DNA of 64,000 bases from Candidatus Bathyarchaeota archaeon (GCA_963806535.1 CAWDYC010000004.1:32001-96000); one strand, 5' to 3'; shown: positions 9,694 to 20,258, counted from the stretch's first letter. The notes: a model not told the origin generated them from the sequence alone. Program-made: numbers and translations.

Positions 9694-12438
9694 ATGAAAA
9701 TTTTAAAAAATAAAACCGCGACTATATTAATTGCAACATTTCTAATGATTTCAATGATGGCTTCATTAGCCTTAGTGCCTGTAAAAGGACAATTCGCAGA
9801 AATAACCCCTCCAGCAGGATCTACAGTGCCATCATATGCTTTTCTTAACATAGCACCTAACCCAGCAGGTGTAGGCCAAACAGTGACCCTAGACATGTTC
9901 CTTGCATCGCCTCTACTCACAAGTGAAGGCGCAACGAATATGACGATAGTAGAAACAACACCAAGCGGAACGACAACTACGCTAGGACCATTTACTTCTG
10001 ATGCTACCGGCGGAACATATACAACAATTGTACCTGAAACAACTGGTAACTATACGTTCCAGTTCTTCTATGGTGGACAATTAATGTTCAACGGTCTTTA
10101 TACAGGACCGAGCCATACGGGCGTAGAAACACTTGTAGTTCAGCAAACTTCAATACCATTAAGCTCATATCCAATAACGCCGCTTCCAACGAATTACTGG
10201 CAGAGTCCGGTCACAGCAGAGAACAGTCAAAACTGGTACGCAATTACTGGACCTTGGCTTGGCTACGGTTCCGTTACATTCGCTTCAACAGGTGGCTACA
10301 ACAATACTGGCAACTTTAACCCATACACCCAAGATGTTCTGTCTGGACATGTTCTTTGGACAAAGCCTTGGGCAGTAGGCGGTCTAGCTGGTGGAGACCT
10401 AGGCGGAACTGAACTCAGTAACTTCTGGTCAACCTCTCAGTATTGGCCAAAGTTTGCCCCAGTCATAATGAACGGCATACTCTACTCAACCTGGTACACA
10501 ACAACCACAGGATACTCAAACGGCATCATTGCAATGAACTTGTACGATGGACAAACCCTATGGACACTAAACACCACTAATCCGTTGCTTTGCGGCATGG
10601 AAACTCAATGGAAAACAATTAACATGTACGGCGTTATAGGTCCGTACATCATTACATCAGGAACTCTACCTGGCGTAAATGATGGATTCGGAACAACCGT
10701 CGGGATGTTCGGTCCAACCCTTGGACCACTGGCAGAGTTTAACCTGTATGATGCCTTAACTGGAACATACGTTCTTAGCATTGTCAATGGCACCGCAACT
10801 CCAACATTTACGACAGATGCCAACGGAAACATAATCGGCTACTACACTGATTCTACCCCTGGTACAATCACTACATATGGAACCACAGCCGCAATGGGTG
10901 GATTTCCAACGGTGACAGGGAAAGTGACCATTACGCCTACTAGTCCTCCTTATGTGGTTGAGTGGAACATGTCAAATGCCCTTGCCGCAATAGGAGCCCC
11001 AGGCCAGAGTCAAGCTTGGGGTTGGTCGCCACCAGCGGGCTCAGTGGCTAACTTCGATTACGGAAATGTGTGGGCCACACCGATGGCTAATGTTACTACA
11101 GACACAGGCGCTCCTCTAAACAACGGACAACTAGCTTACGCTACGCAAATAAACGGTATTGGCGGTATGCTAACTAACAACGCAGTGGTATTGACTGGCG
11201 GATTCACTACTGGACAAGGGACTGGAGGCGAGCAAGATGGCTGGCTAATTGTAAGCGCAAAGGATGCAACCACTGGAGCTACGCTATTTGCCAAGAACTA
11301 TACATATCCAAATGTTGAGGCTTTGTTACCTTTCACGAGGACAATAGTGCAAGTCACAGACGGAGAGATAATAATATGCAACCAGGTAAACAATCAGGTT
11401 GACGCCATTAATGCACGTACTGGTAATATCGATTGGAAGACAACACTTCAAGGGTCCAGCGGCGGAACTCCAAATCTATATAACGTCTTTGGCATCGCAA
11501 TTCGCAATGGTCCAGGCATGTCCATCTATGAAGGCTTCGGAGGAGACATATGGGGTGTAAACGATGCGACTGGAAACATAATGTGGTACACGAATACAAC
11601 TGCAATCTTGGGCAATCCAGGGATTGAAACTCCGTACGGCATATGGCCACTGTGGGTCTTCGGTTGCACTTGCGTATCCAACGGTATTGCATACCTGGCT
11701 GTCGGCCATGAGTACAACCCGCCACTATTCCACGGAGCACAACTGCTAGCATTAAACTTGACAAATGGAAATCTAGTATGGAGTGAACTAGACTTTTCCG
11801 TTGAATCCACATCAATTGCACAAGGCATCGTACTGACGCGCAACGCTTACGACAACCAACTCTACTCCATGGGCAAAGGACCAAGCGCAATGACAGTCAC
11901 TGCACCAGATGTCGGAGTCACAACTGCTACTCCAATAACAATAACTGGCACAACAATGGATGTCTCTGCAGGCGCATCGCAAGAAGCGGTCAAAGCAAAC
12001 TTCCCCAATGGTCTACCATGCGTTTCCGATGCTAGCGAGAGTCACTGGATGGAGTATGTATATCAGCAGCAACCGTATCCGACCGGAGCAACAGGTGTTC
12101 CAGTCACTCTAAGCGTAATAGACGCCAACAACAACTTTAGAACCATCGGCACAACCAAAACCGACGCTAGCGGACACTACTCCTATACATGGACACCTGA
12201 CATACCAGGAAACTACACACTCATAGCGGCATTCGCAGGCTCCAACTCATACTACGGATCATCAGATGAAACGAGCTTTTATGCTAGCTCGCCACCATCA
12301 ACACCGACACCCACCGCAACAACAGCCTCTAACTTGGCAACAACATCAATGCTAGAACTTGGAATTGTAGCCATCATAATCGTCATCATCATAATCGGCG
12401 TCGTATTGGCGTTGCTGATGATGAGAAAACACGCATAA
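9694..12438 (+). CDS. PQQ-like beta-propeller surface protein (paralog 2)
   Basis: True start MKILKNK with signal peptide; APNPAGVGQT, GHEYNPPLFHGAQL and PNGLPCVSDAS motifs; C-terminal TM. Confidence 0.9.
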   Translation: MKILKNKTATILIATFLMISMMASLALVPVKGQFAEITPPAGSTVPSYAFLNIAPNPAGVGQTVTLDMFLASPLLTSEGATNMTIVETTPSGTTTTLGPFTSDATGGTYTTIVPETTGNYTFQFFYGGQLMFNGLYTGPSHTGVETLVVQQTSIPLSSYPITPLPTNYWQSPVTAENSQNWYAITGPWLGYGSVTFASTGGYNNTGNFNPYTQDVLSGHVLWTKPWAVGGLAGGDLGGTELSNFWSTSQYWPKFAPVIMNGILYSTWYTTTTGYSNGIIAMNLYDGQTLWTLNTTNPLLCGMETQWKTINMYGVIGPYIITSGTLPGVNDGFGTTVGMFGPTLGPLAEFNLYDALTGTYVLSIVNGTATPTFTTDANGNIIGYYTDSTPGTITTYGTTAAMGGFPTVTGKVTITPTSPPYVVEWNMSNALAAIGAPGQSQAWGWSPPAGSVANFDYGNVWATPMANVTTDTGAPLNNGQLAYATQINGIGGMLTNNAVVLTGGFTTGQGTGGEQDGWLIVSAKDATTGATLFAKNYTYPNVEALLPFTRTIVQVTDGEIIICNQVNNQVDAINARTGNIDWKTTLQGSSGGTPNLYNVFGIAIRNGPGMSIYEGFGGDIWGVNDATGNIMWYTNTTAILGNPGIETPYGIWPLWVFGCTCVSNGIAYLAVGHEYNPPLFHGAQLLALNLTNGNLVWSELDFSVESTSIAQGIVLTRNAYDNQLYSMGKGPSAMTVTAPDVGVTTATPITITGTTMDVSAGASQEAVKANFPNGLPCVSDASESHWMEYVYQQQPYPTGATGVPVTLSVIDANNNFRTIGTTKTDASGHYSYTWTPDIPGNYTLIAAFAGSNSYYGSSDETSFYASSPPSTPTPTATTASNLATTSMLELGIVAIIIVIIIIGVVLALLMMRKHA

Positions 12439-12510
12439 ACACAAGCAAGCCAAAAAATCAATTTCCCCTTCCTTTTTTTCTTCTTAAAAATCATATACAT
12501 AAGGGTATGG

Positions 12511-12568
12511 ACAGAGTTTTCATTTGGCGTTTTTCTTCCTTCAGTTTGTCCAGAGCCTCAGCAAACCC
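12511..12568 (-). repeat. Orphan leader-like repeat module, copy 1
   Basis: 12537-12568 is identical over 32 bp to 19827-19858; minus strand reads GTTTGCTGAGGCTCTGGACAAACTGAAGGAAGAAAAACGCCAAATGAAAACT. Confidence 0.8.
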
Positions 12569-12602
12569 TCAACGGCAAAATGAAATTAAGCAAATACAAG
12601 TC

Positions 12603-12638
12603 TTTTGACAAAAAGTGGTCTGGAGGGATTTTGCACTC
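12603..12638 (-). repeat. Highly degenerate tRNA-Ala 3'-end att-like copy
   Basis: TTTTGACAAAAAGTGGTCTGGAGGGATTTTGCACTC aligns with TTTTGACAAGAGTGGACCGGGGGGATTTGAACC at 20022-20054, in the same context. Confidence 0.5.
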
Positions 12639-13023
12639 TTGCCACAAAATACGATGAAATTACTGTTAGCGGAACTCAAGTACAATCCTGCAAAGAAACT
12701 AAGAAGGTTCTCAAATGCCTGGAACTCATTAAGCGTCTCAAAGGTGTACTTTTAAACGTAGTAGCATATGTATAAGTATATATACATTGTTTTTTGGCGC
12801 ATCTCCCCCAAAATCCCTTTTCTTTTTGATTTTTCAGCGGATAATTAGCGAACCGAATCATAGATATTTCCGAAAGGAGAACGGCCGAAAAGACTATCTC
12901 TTTACATAAAGAGGGAATCACAATTAAACCAATTGTTCCAGTAAAGAATTGCCTTATGAGGCGGTTTTTTTGGTCATTCGCCTTAGCGCATAAACCATTT
13001 TGTTTCTGTTCTGAGCCAAGATT

Positions 13024-13812
13024 CTAATGTGTTCTATCCCACAAATCGTCAAAGTAGTGTGTGGCTAGTTTTACAACATGCAGGTTGTTTGACCATAACG
13101 AGGGTAGACCATTTTCCTTACATACGGCTAAGGTTACTTCTTTTCTGTCAAAAATACGCATTCCATCTGGGTCAAAGTTGGACAGGTATTTAATTTCAAA
13201 GAAGGGATTTTTCGCTAAGGCTTGCGGCTTTCTCAGTGCTAAATCTCCCTCCGCCTTTTGTGTCATCATCCGAATTTTTACGCCTCTCCTCATTGCCCTC
13301 TTGTGAAATTGGAGATCGCGAAATAACGTTTTCTCAACGGCTTTCAATGGAATAGCGATATCTATACTGGTTTGAGCCGACTGAGTTAGCCTTTCGAATA
13401 TTTTTAGAAGAAGTGTTTTTTCTGAAGTAATTATGAACTGTGACTCCTCTTCATGAGGAGCTATTTTAGCATTATTGTTGTGAAAATTATTAAGTAGCGA
13501 GCTTGTTTTCTTTTGTATTTCAGCATATTCCTTTTTTCTTTTTTGAAGCAGAATTGAAATGCCTTCCTCTAGCGGCGTGGCTCTGTATATGGTCGGTTTA
13601 GTTATGATTTTTTCTGCAAGTCCCAGTTCTTGCAACGTAGGCATTATTCGGTAGATATCTTGCCGAGCCATGTTTGAAGCCTTTGCAATTGTTTGAACAT
13701 TTGCTTTGCCAAGATTTAAAAGATTTAGATACATTCTAGCCTGTAAAAGGCTGAGTCCGCAATCGATTATTGTTTGTATGTTTTCGTCCTGAATCATGGA
13801 AACCCTTTCCAA
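13024..13812 (-). CDS. TrmB-family transcriptional regulator
   Basis: GLSLLQARMYL..L wHTH, RQDIYR..LQELGL; PLD-like C-domain (IFDRKEV, FDDLW). Confidence 0.9.
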   Translation of the reverse strand: MERVSMIQDENIQTIIDCGLSLLQARMYLNLLNLGKANVQTIAKASNMARQDIYRIMPTLQELGLAEKIITKPTIYRATPLEEGISILLQKRKKEYAEIQKKTSSLLNNFHNNNAKIAPHEEESQFIITSEKTLLLKIFERLTQSAQTSIDIAIPLKAVEKTLFRDLQFHKRAMRRGVKIRMMTQKAEGDLALRKPQALAKNPFFEIKYLSNFDPDGMRIFDRKEVTLAVCKENGLPSLWSNNLHVVKLATHYFDDLWDRTH

Positions 13813-14255
13813 TTAGAAATCCTATATTTCAACCAGAGCTTGCTCAGCCCTATATCTTCTTAATCCATTGCACTCTAAAATTAAAAAAAAGGATAGGAAA
13901 ATTTTGTTTGACATTTTTCTTTTCACTTTAATTTTGTGGGTTAGCATTTAATTAAGAGCGCTAATAAGACTCACTCACTTATCGTGAATATAAAAAAGCG
14001 ATAATCCTTTTTTGAGATCACAACCAGCATTTGAGTTTTAGACACTTTTATCTGAAGAAGGAGAAAATATCATAGAAAGAATGCGCAGGGAAGAAAAACG
14101 CAAAACGAAAACTCTAACTTTCAGCGTAATATTGTCACTATACTCAATTCTTTTCACTTTATCTGAAGAAGTATGGATTACATAGGCTTAAACCTCTTCA
14201 AAATGATTAATCCACAAAAAACAGATAGAGAAAAAGTGGGAATGCGTGGTTGTGA

Positions 14256-14308
14256 TTTTCACTGTCTTTTCTTCCTTTGTATATCCAGAGCCTTAGCAAA
14301 CTTTTGAC
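14256..14308 (-). repeat. Orphan leader-like repeat module, diverged copy
   Basis: TTTTCTTCCTTTGTATATCCAGAGCCTTAGCAAAC similar to 12531-12566. Confidence 0.65.
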
Positions 14309-14450
14309 GTAGCGTTTTTTGAGCTTAGAGTGGCAGACTGTTTTTACTGAAATTTTACTGGGTTGATTTGTAAGAAGAAGTTCTTGTTACAAGTGTTTAA
14401 AACCAAAATGGACCGATGTTAGGCGCACAGAAAATAAGGAAAGAACAAAC

Positions 14451-17156
14451 ATGAAAATTGCTAAAAATAAAACTATAGTTATTACGATTGCTACATTCCT
14501 AATACTCTCAATGACAGCTTCAATGATACAAGTACCAAATGCTAATGCACATACACCTGCATGGCAGGTTCCAACATACGCCTACATAGCTGTTGCCCCT
14601 AACCCTATAGGGGTTGGTCAGACAGCGTGGATATATGTTTGGATTGACTTATCTTTTCCGAATGCACAACTAGCAAACAACTATAGATGGCATAACTACA
14701 AACTTACCATTACAACACCTAACGGTACAACTGAAACAAAGATATGGGATGTTGTCTCGGACACTACGTCAAATCAGGGTTATTCATACACTCCTACCGA
14801 AGTTGGAACGTACACCCTTAACTTTACTTTCCCAGGACAGGACTACAACACATACAGCCGTGACACCACCTTAGCATTGGTTAACGATACTTTTCTGCCC
14901 AGCACTGCGTCAACGACGCTCATTGTTAAGCAAGAGCCAATACCTGCTGCAATAACAAGCTATCCATTGCCGACTAACTACTGGAGTCGCCCAATATATG
15001 GTGAGAACACTGACTGGTGGTCAATTTCGTCAAACTGGCTAGGTAGTGGTTCACCAGGATCTGGTAGCATGATCGGACCAAATGCGCAGATGTCTCCAGG
15101 AGATGCCGTAGGCTCTGCCACTAATCATGTCATGTGGACATACCAGCTTCAAGAAGGAGGAGTCGTCGGAGGAAGCACTGTCGCTCAAGGAGCCAACTGG
15201 TTTGGTGGGACTGCCTACAATCCTAGATACCAGAATCCAATAATAATGAATGGATACCTATACTACACGAAGCCAGTAAACTGGGCGCCCAGCGCAGGAA
15301 CTGGAGGGCCAACTGTCTGTCAAGACCTATGCACAGGACAAATTATTTGGTCTCGAGATGATGTACCTCAGCTTTCATTCGGCTACATATATAACGTTTG
15401 GACCCCCAATTACCACGGCGTTTATGCAGGAATTTTATTCACTGCTGGATGGGCCCGCGCTTTTGATGCATACACTGGAGACCCACTGTTCAACGTAACT
15501 GGCGTTCCCACAGGCGCAACAGTACTCGGTCCACAAGGCGAACAATTGAAATACGTCATGGCGAACGCAGGTACCATTAATGATCCTGATTGGCGTTTGG
15601 GTCAATGGAACTCGTCCAAACTATTTTTCATCTCTGGATCCGCATCACCAGCAATTACAAACATGACTGGAACAACTGTTACAATCGGGTCAGTAGTCGG
15701 TTCAACTCTCACTGGAACCCTAATAGTCGACGCAAGCATTTCAAATTCGAGTTTATCTACATGCCGTTATGACTGGAACACTTCCATACCATGGCTCAAC
15801 ACAATGGGTGCCACCACAATTGGGTCAAGTCCCGGAGCAAATCCCGTTACAATACTTGCGGCTTTCTACGGAAATATGTTACTTTGCAGAAACGGCACAT
15901 ACCCCACTATATCTCCAAGTTCAGTACCCACAGCAACTTGGGCTCCGTACACATACTTCGCCGTTAACCTCAATGCATCTAGGGGTGCAATTGGTTCGAT
16001 ACTGTGGATGCAGACATATAACCCCCCACCAGGCAACCTTACTGTAATATTTGCCGGAGCAGATCTGAAGACTGGTGTCTTCGTTGAAAACTATAGAGAA
16101 GGTATGCAATATGTTGGATACAGTCTGTCAACAGGGCAGAAATTATGGGGTCCAACTGCGTCTCAAGCTGACTGGGACTATTATGGTAGCCCAGGACCTG
16201 GCTCTTTAGACAACCAAATTGCTTACGGGAGACTCTATAGCGATGGAATGGCAGGGATACTTTACTGTTACGATTTGACGAATGGAAACCTATTGTGGAC
16301 GTATGGTAATGGCGGAGAAGGCAACAGCACTTACAGCGGCTTTAACACAGTTTACGGTAATTATCCAACAATGATAACTGATGTAGGCAACGGGATAATA
16401 TACACGGTTACCTGTGAGCACACTATCACTGCCCCAATCTACAAGGGTGCATTGGCGCGTGCCATTAATGCAACTGATGGAACAGAAATCTGGTCTCTTT
16501 CAGATTTCACCGGTGCATTCTCTGCTTCCCCAGGCTACGCTATCGCAGATGGCTATTCAACATTCTTTAACGAATATGACAGTCAAGTGTACAGTCTTGG
16601 TAGAGGACCTAGTGCTACTACAGTTTCAGCGCCAGACATCGCTATATCATTCGGGGCATCCATAGTAATCAAAGGTACAGTCACTGACATTTCTGCTGGT
16701 ACAAAGCAGAGCCAGCAAGCAGCTGACTTTCCAAATGGTGTTCCAGTTGCATCTGATGATAGTATGAAAGATTGGATGGGTTATGTTTATCAGCAAAAAC
16801 CGCTGCCGACCAACGCAACCGGCGTTACGGTGTCCATTAGTGTATTGGACTCTAACAACAACTCTAGAACTATCGGCACTACAACAACTGATCTCAGCGG
16901 AGCTTACAGCTACCAATGGAAACCAGACATACCAGGGAAATACACGGTTTACGCTTCTTTCGCTGGAACTAATGGTTACTGGCCATCATCTTCAGAAACA
17001 AGCTTCGCAGTCGACACAGCAATCCCAACACAAATTCCGATAATAAATGCGTCATCCAACGACTCAATGTATTTCGTAGCTAGCACAGTTGCTATAATCG
17101 TTGCAATAGCTATAGTTGGTGCTCTAATACTGATATTAGTTAGGAAGCGACCGTAA
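14451..17156 (+). CDS. PQQ-like beta-propeller surface protein (paralog 3, more divergent subfamily)
   Basis: Signal peptide MKIAKNK; APNPIGVGQT; PNGVPVASD..WMGYVYQQKP; TM + RKRP. Confidence 0.9.
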   Translation: MKIAKNKTIVITIATFLILSMTASMIQVPNANAHTPAWQVPTYAYIAVAPNPIGVGQTAWIYVWIDLSFPNAQLANNYRWHNYKLTITTPNGTTETKIWDVVSDTTSNQGYSYTPTEVGTYTLNFTFPGQDYNTYSRDTTLALVNDTFLPSTASTTLIVKQEPIPAAITSYPLPTNYWSRPIYGENTDWWSISSNWLGSGSPGSGSMIGPNAQMSPGDAVGSATNHVMWTYQLQEGGVVGGSTVAQGANWFGGTAYNPRYQNPIIMNGYLYYTKPVNWAPSAGTGGPTVCQDLCTGQIIWSRDDVPQLSFGYIYNVWTPNYHGVYAGILFTAGWARAFDAYTGDPLFNVTGVPTGATVLGPQGEQLKYVMANAGTINDPDWRLGQWNSSKLFFISGSASPAITNMTGTTVTIGSVVGSTLTGTLIVDASISNSSLSTCRYDWNTSIPWLNTMGATTIGSSPGANPVTILAAFYGNMLLCRNGTYPTISPSSVPTATWAPYTYFAVNLNASRGAIGSILWMQTYNPPPGNLTVIFAGADLKTGVFVENYREGMQYVGYSLSTGQKLWGPTASQADWDYYGSPGPGSLDNQIAYGRLYSDGMAGILYCYDLTNGNLLWTYGNGGEGNSTYSGFNTVYGNYPTMITDVGNGIIYTVTCEHTITAPIYKGALARAINATDGTEIWSLSDFTGAFSASPGYAIADGYSTFFNEYDSQVYSLGRGPSATTVSAPDIAISFGASIVIKGTVTDISAGTKQSQQAADFPNGVPVASDDSMKDWMGYVYQQKPLPTNATGVTVSISVLDSNNNSRTIGTTTTDLSGAYSYQWKPDIPGKYTVYASFAGTNGYWPSSSETSFAVDTAIPTQIPIINASSNDSMYFVASTVAIIVAIAIVGALILILVRKRP

Positions 17157-17163
17157 AAATGCC

Positions 17164-19686
17164 AAGCCTATCGGCGTTGGACAAACAGTAAACGTCAACT
17201 TCTTCCTAGCAGTACCGATACAATCCAGTGAAGGACCAACAAACATGACTGTCAAAATCACAAACCCAGACGGTAGCACTGAAACCAGAGGTCCATACAC
17301 AGGCGACGCAACAGGCGGGTCCCACTTTGACTTTGCTCCAGATAAAGTCGGCAATTGGACTTTCCAGTTCTTCTACGGGGGGCAAACAACAACAACCGGC
17401 GTCGGATTTACAGACCTTAAAGAGATGCCCAGCCAAAGTGAAGTCTATACACTCGTAGTGCAACAGGAACCGATAACTCAAAGTTCATACCCAATAGCAC
17501 CGCTACCCACAAAGTACTGGGAAACCCCAGTCTCAGCGCAAAACGTCCAAGAATGGTACAAGATCATGGGTCCTTGGCTTGGAACCGGATTAGTTGGGTC
17601 AGCAAAAACTGGGCTATACAATGAATCGAGCACTTACAATCCATACACTGATTCAGTACTTTCGGGGCACGTTCTCTGGACTAAACCTTGGTGCGCAGGC
17701 GGTGTGGTTGGTGGAGCCGCAGGCGGAACAGAAGACACAGGAAACTACTGGTCAACAAGGCAGTACATGCCTCAATATGCCCCCGTGATAATGAATGGCA
17801 GGATGTATTCTACGTGGTATGCAGAAACACAAGGGTACTCAGCTGGCATTGTTTGCACGGACCTCTATACAGGTGAAACACTGTTCACAATAAACACAAC
17901 TAGTGTGTTGCAATGCGGAATGGAAACCGAATGGAAGACAGCTAACATGTATGGCGTCGTTGGTCCATACCTTATTACTGTCGGCACTCTTTCAGCATCC
18001 GAAACTGGCGGGACTAAACCAGCCAATGTTGGAACACAATACAACATGTATTCTGCCTTTACTGGCAATTATGTCCTTAGCATTGTTAACGGTACTTCAC
18101 TGACGCTTAAGACGGATGATAATGGAAACTTGATAGGTTACTACATCAACAGTACTGTTGGCACAATGAACATCTATAATCAAGCAGGTCTCAAAGCGAC
18201 GGTAAACATCACTGCAAGCCAACCCTTCCTATGCTGTTTCAACATGTCGCAAGCACTCTGGCAAAGTGGCAGTAGTTTTCAATGGAGTCCATCCCAAAAT
18301 GCAGTTGTTAACTTCGGGTTGGGAGTTATGTGGGCGAAACCAGTACCTACCCAAATTAACGGCGTACCTATAAACAACCCCCCTCTCAACTTAGGTATAT
18401 CCCCATGGTGTGCGCTGACTGGCAATTCAGTGATATTGACTTCTGGAATCATTCACATGGCAAATCAACAGCCAGGCTATATAGTCTTGTGTGGCATGGA
18501 TCAAACTACCGGCGAAGTACTAATGTGCAAGAACTACACCTATCCAGAGTGTCAGTCATTACAACCCTTTACTAACGATCAATACATCGTCATAAATGGA
18601 CTCGTGGTCTTGGTTAACATGGAAAATTGGAAATGCGACGCTATCGACTTAAGCACCGGCAACATAGCATGGAAGACAACTCTCACAACTCCATACGGTG
18701 ACGGAACACCAAACGTATACTCAATACTTGGTGGCATAAACTTCATCGGACAAGCAAATGGCAGGCTGTTTATTGAGGGCTTTGGCGGAGACATGTGGGC
18801 TCTTAACGCAACGACCGGAAACCAACTGTGGTATACCAACACAACAACTCTCATTGGAGCTCCAAGCCTTGAATCACCATACGGCGTCTGGCCGTTGTGG
18901 CCTTGGTCTGGTACCCTGTGTTTCTCAAATGACGTCGCTTATTGTGCTGTAGGTCATGAGTATGATCCGCCGCTGTTCCATGGTGCACAACTTCTCGCGG
19001 TGAACCTAACTAGCGGAGAGCTAGTCTGGAACGAATTAGGCTTTTACGATGTTAGTCTTTCAATTGCTTATAACACTCTGCTGACGCTGAATTGTTACGA
19101 CAATCAGATATATGCCTTCGGCAAGGGACCAACCTCTACCACTGTTAATGCCCCCAGCGTTGGAGTGACAACCGCTACGCCGATAACGATTACGGGCACT
19201 GTGATGGATGTTTCCGCTGGTGTACAGCAGTCTCAGGTTGCAAAAGACTTCCCCAATGGGCTTCCATGTGTTTCTGACGCAAGCCAGAGCAAGTGGATGG
19301 AATATGTCTACCAAGACCAAGTAATGCCGAGCAATGCTACAGGCGTCACCGTTACACTAGGCGTTCTTGACTCTAACAATAACTTCCGACAAATCGGCAC
19401 GACAACATCCGATGCTAGTGGTAAATATGGTTTCACTTGGACTCCAGATATACCAGGCAATTATACACTCTATGCAAGCTTTGCAGGCTCCAACTCTTAT
19501 TATCCATCGTCAGCTGAAACATACATCTATGCCAGCACTCCAGCACCAACAGTATCTCCGTATCCTGTGCAATCGAATCCTTTGCCTTTAACTGAAATGT
19601 ACATTGCTGCAGCAGCAGTTGCGATGATAGTTGCAGTAGCTATAGTCGGCGCTCTACTACTTGTAGCAGTTAGGAAACGACCATAA
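17164..19686 (+). CDS. PQQ-like beta-propeller surface protein (paralog 4) lacking promoter and signal peptide
   Basis: Homology starts at KPIGVGQTV 7 bp after the upstream stop; first in-frame ATG at 17245; rest intact, ending TM + RKRP. Confidence 0.8.
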   Translation, partial: KPIGVGQTVNVNFFLAVPIQSSEGPTNMTVKITNPDGSTETRGPYTGDATGGSHFDFAPDKVGNWTFQFFYGGQTTTTGVGFTDLKEMPSQSEVYTLVVQQEPITQSSYPIAPLPTKYWETPVSAQNVQEWYKIMGPWLGTGLVGSAKTGLYNESSTYNPYTDSVLSGHVLWTKPWCAGGVVGGAAGGTEDTGNYWSTRQYMPQYAPVIMNGRMYSTWYAETQGYSAGIVCTDLYTGETLFTINTTSVLQCGMETEWKTANMYGVVGPYLITVGTLSASETGGTKPANVGTQYNMYSAFTGNYVLSIVNGTSLTLKTDDNGNLIGYYINSTVGTMNIYNQAGLKATVNITASQPFLCCFNMSQALWQSGSSFQWSPSQNAVVNFGLGVMWAKPVPTQINGVPINNPPLNLGISPWCALTGNSVILTSGIIHMANQQPGYIVLCGMDQTTGEVLMCKNYTYPECQSLQPFTNDQYIVINGLVVLVNMENWKCDAIDLSTGNIAWKTTLTTPYGDGTPNVYSILGGINFIGQANGRLFIEGFGGDMWALNATTGNQLWYTNTTTLIGAPSLESPYGVWPLWPWSGTLCFSNDVAYCAVGHEYDPPLFHGAQLLAVNLTSGELVWNELGFYDVSLSIAYNTLLTLNCYDNQIYAFGKGPTSTTVNAPSVGVTTATPITITGTVMDVSAGVQQSQVAKDFPNGLPCVSDASQSKWMEYVYQDQVMPSNATGVTVTLGVLDSNNNFRQIGTTTSDASGKYGFTWTPDIPGNYTLYASFAGSNSYYPSSAETYIYASTPAPTVSPYPVQSNPLPLTEMYIAAAAVAMIVAVAIVGALLLVAVRKRP

Positions 19687-19750
19687 ACACTTTAACAAAA
19701 CAAATTTCCTTTCCCTTTTTTTGGGACTAAAATAATATGAGTTTAAGATT

Positions 19751-19987
19751 GGGGGCTGAGTGGGCTTTGGATAATATTTATGTAGTCGCGGTTAAGAATG
19801 GTTTAGTTTTCATTTCCATTCTTTTCTCCTTCAGTTTGTCCAGAGCCTCAGCAAACCCCCTTAGAATTAATGGTGTGTGATATGGGGCTGACTAGGTTTT
19901 GGTTAAAATATGATCTCTATTCAATTTTGCGAAAAGCGCATTTGCGATTGCGTTCCTTTCCTTAGGTTTGTCCAGAACTTCAGCAAA
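19751..19987. repeat. Degenerate tandem duplication (about 130-bp unit) containing two leader-like modules
   Basis: GGGGCTGA..TTTGG.TAA at about 19752 and 19884; CCTT..GTTTGTCCAGA.C.TCAGCAAA at 19827-19856 and 19959-19987. Confidence 0.65.
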
Positions 19988-20031
19988 TAAATGAATAATC
20001 AAAAAATTGAGAAGATCACTTTTTTGACAAG

Positions 20032-20090
20032 AGTGGACCGGGGGGATTTGAACCTACTATCAAATGGAGACATTACCTGCCCTCTTTTTT
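20032..20090 (-). repeat. tRNA-Ala 3'-end att-like site with arm (copy D)
   Basis: AGTGGACCGGGGGGATTTGAACCT, 9 nt, TGGAGACATTACCTGC, CCTCTTTTTT. Confidence 0.85.
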
Positions 20091-20258
20091 CTTTTGTTTC
20101 TCGATTTTAATGCTTAAGAGTTGATAACACCAAAGGAATATACCCGGAAACGCAAATAGCGATCACACCGAAGTGCAGAGTGAAGTCTCGTTGCGATATG
20201 AACAAAATTCTTGTTTTTAAGTTTGGATAGATCCAATCACCTAGTTTTTTATAATCTG

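Noticed and set aside
12505-12570. Repeat module translated as an integrase C-terminus (FAEALDKLKEEKRQMK)
   Set aside because: The frame is bounded by nearby stops and is not kept in the diverged copies; nucleotide features (hairpin, AAGGA, ATG) fit a leader better.
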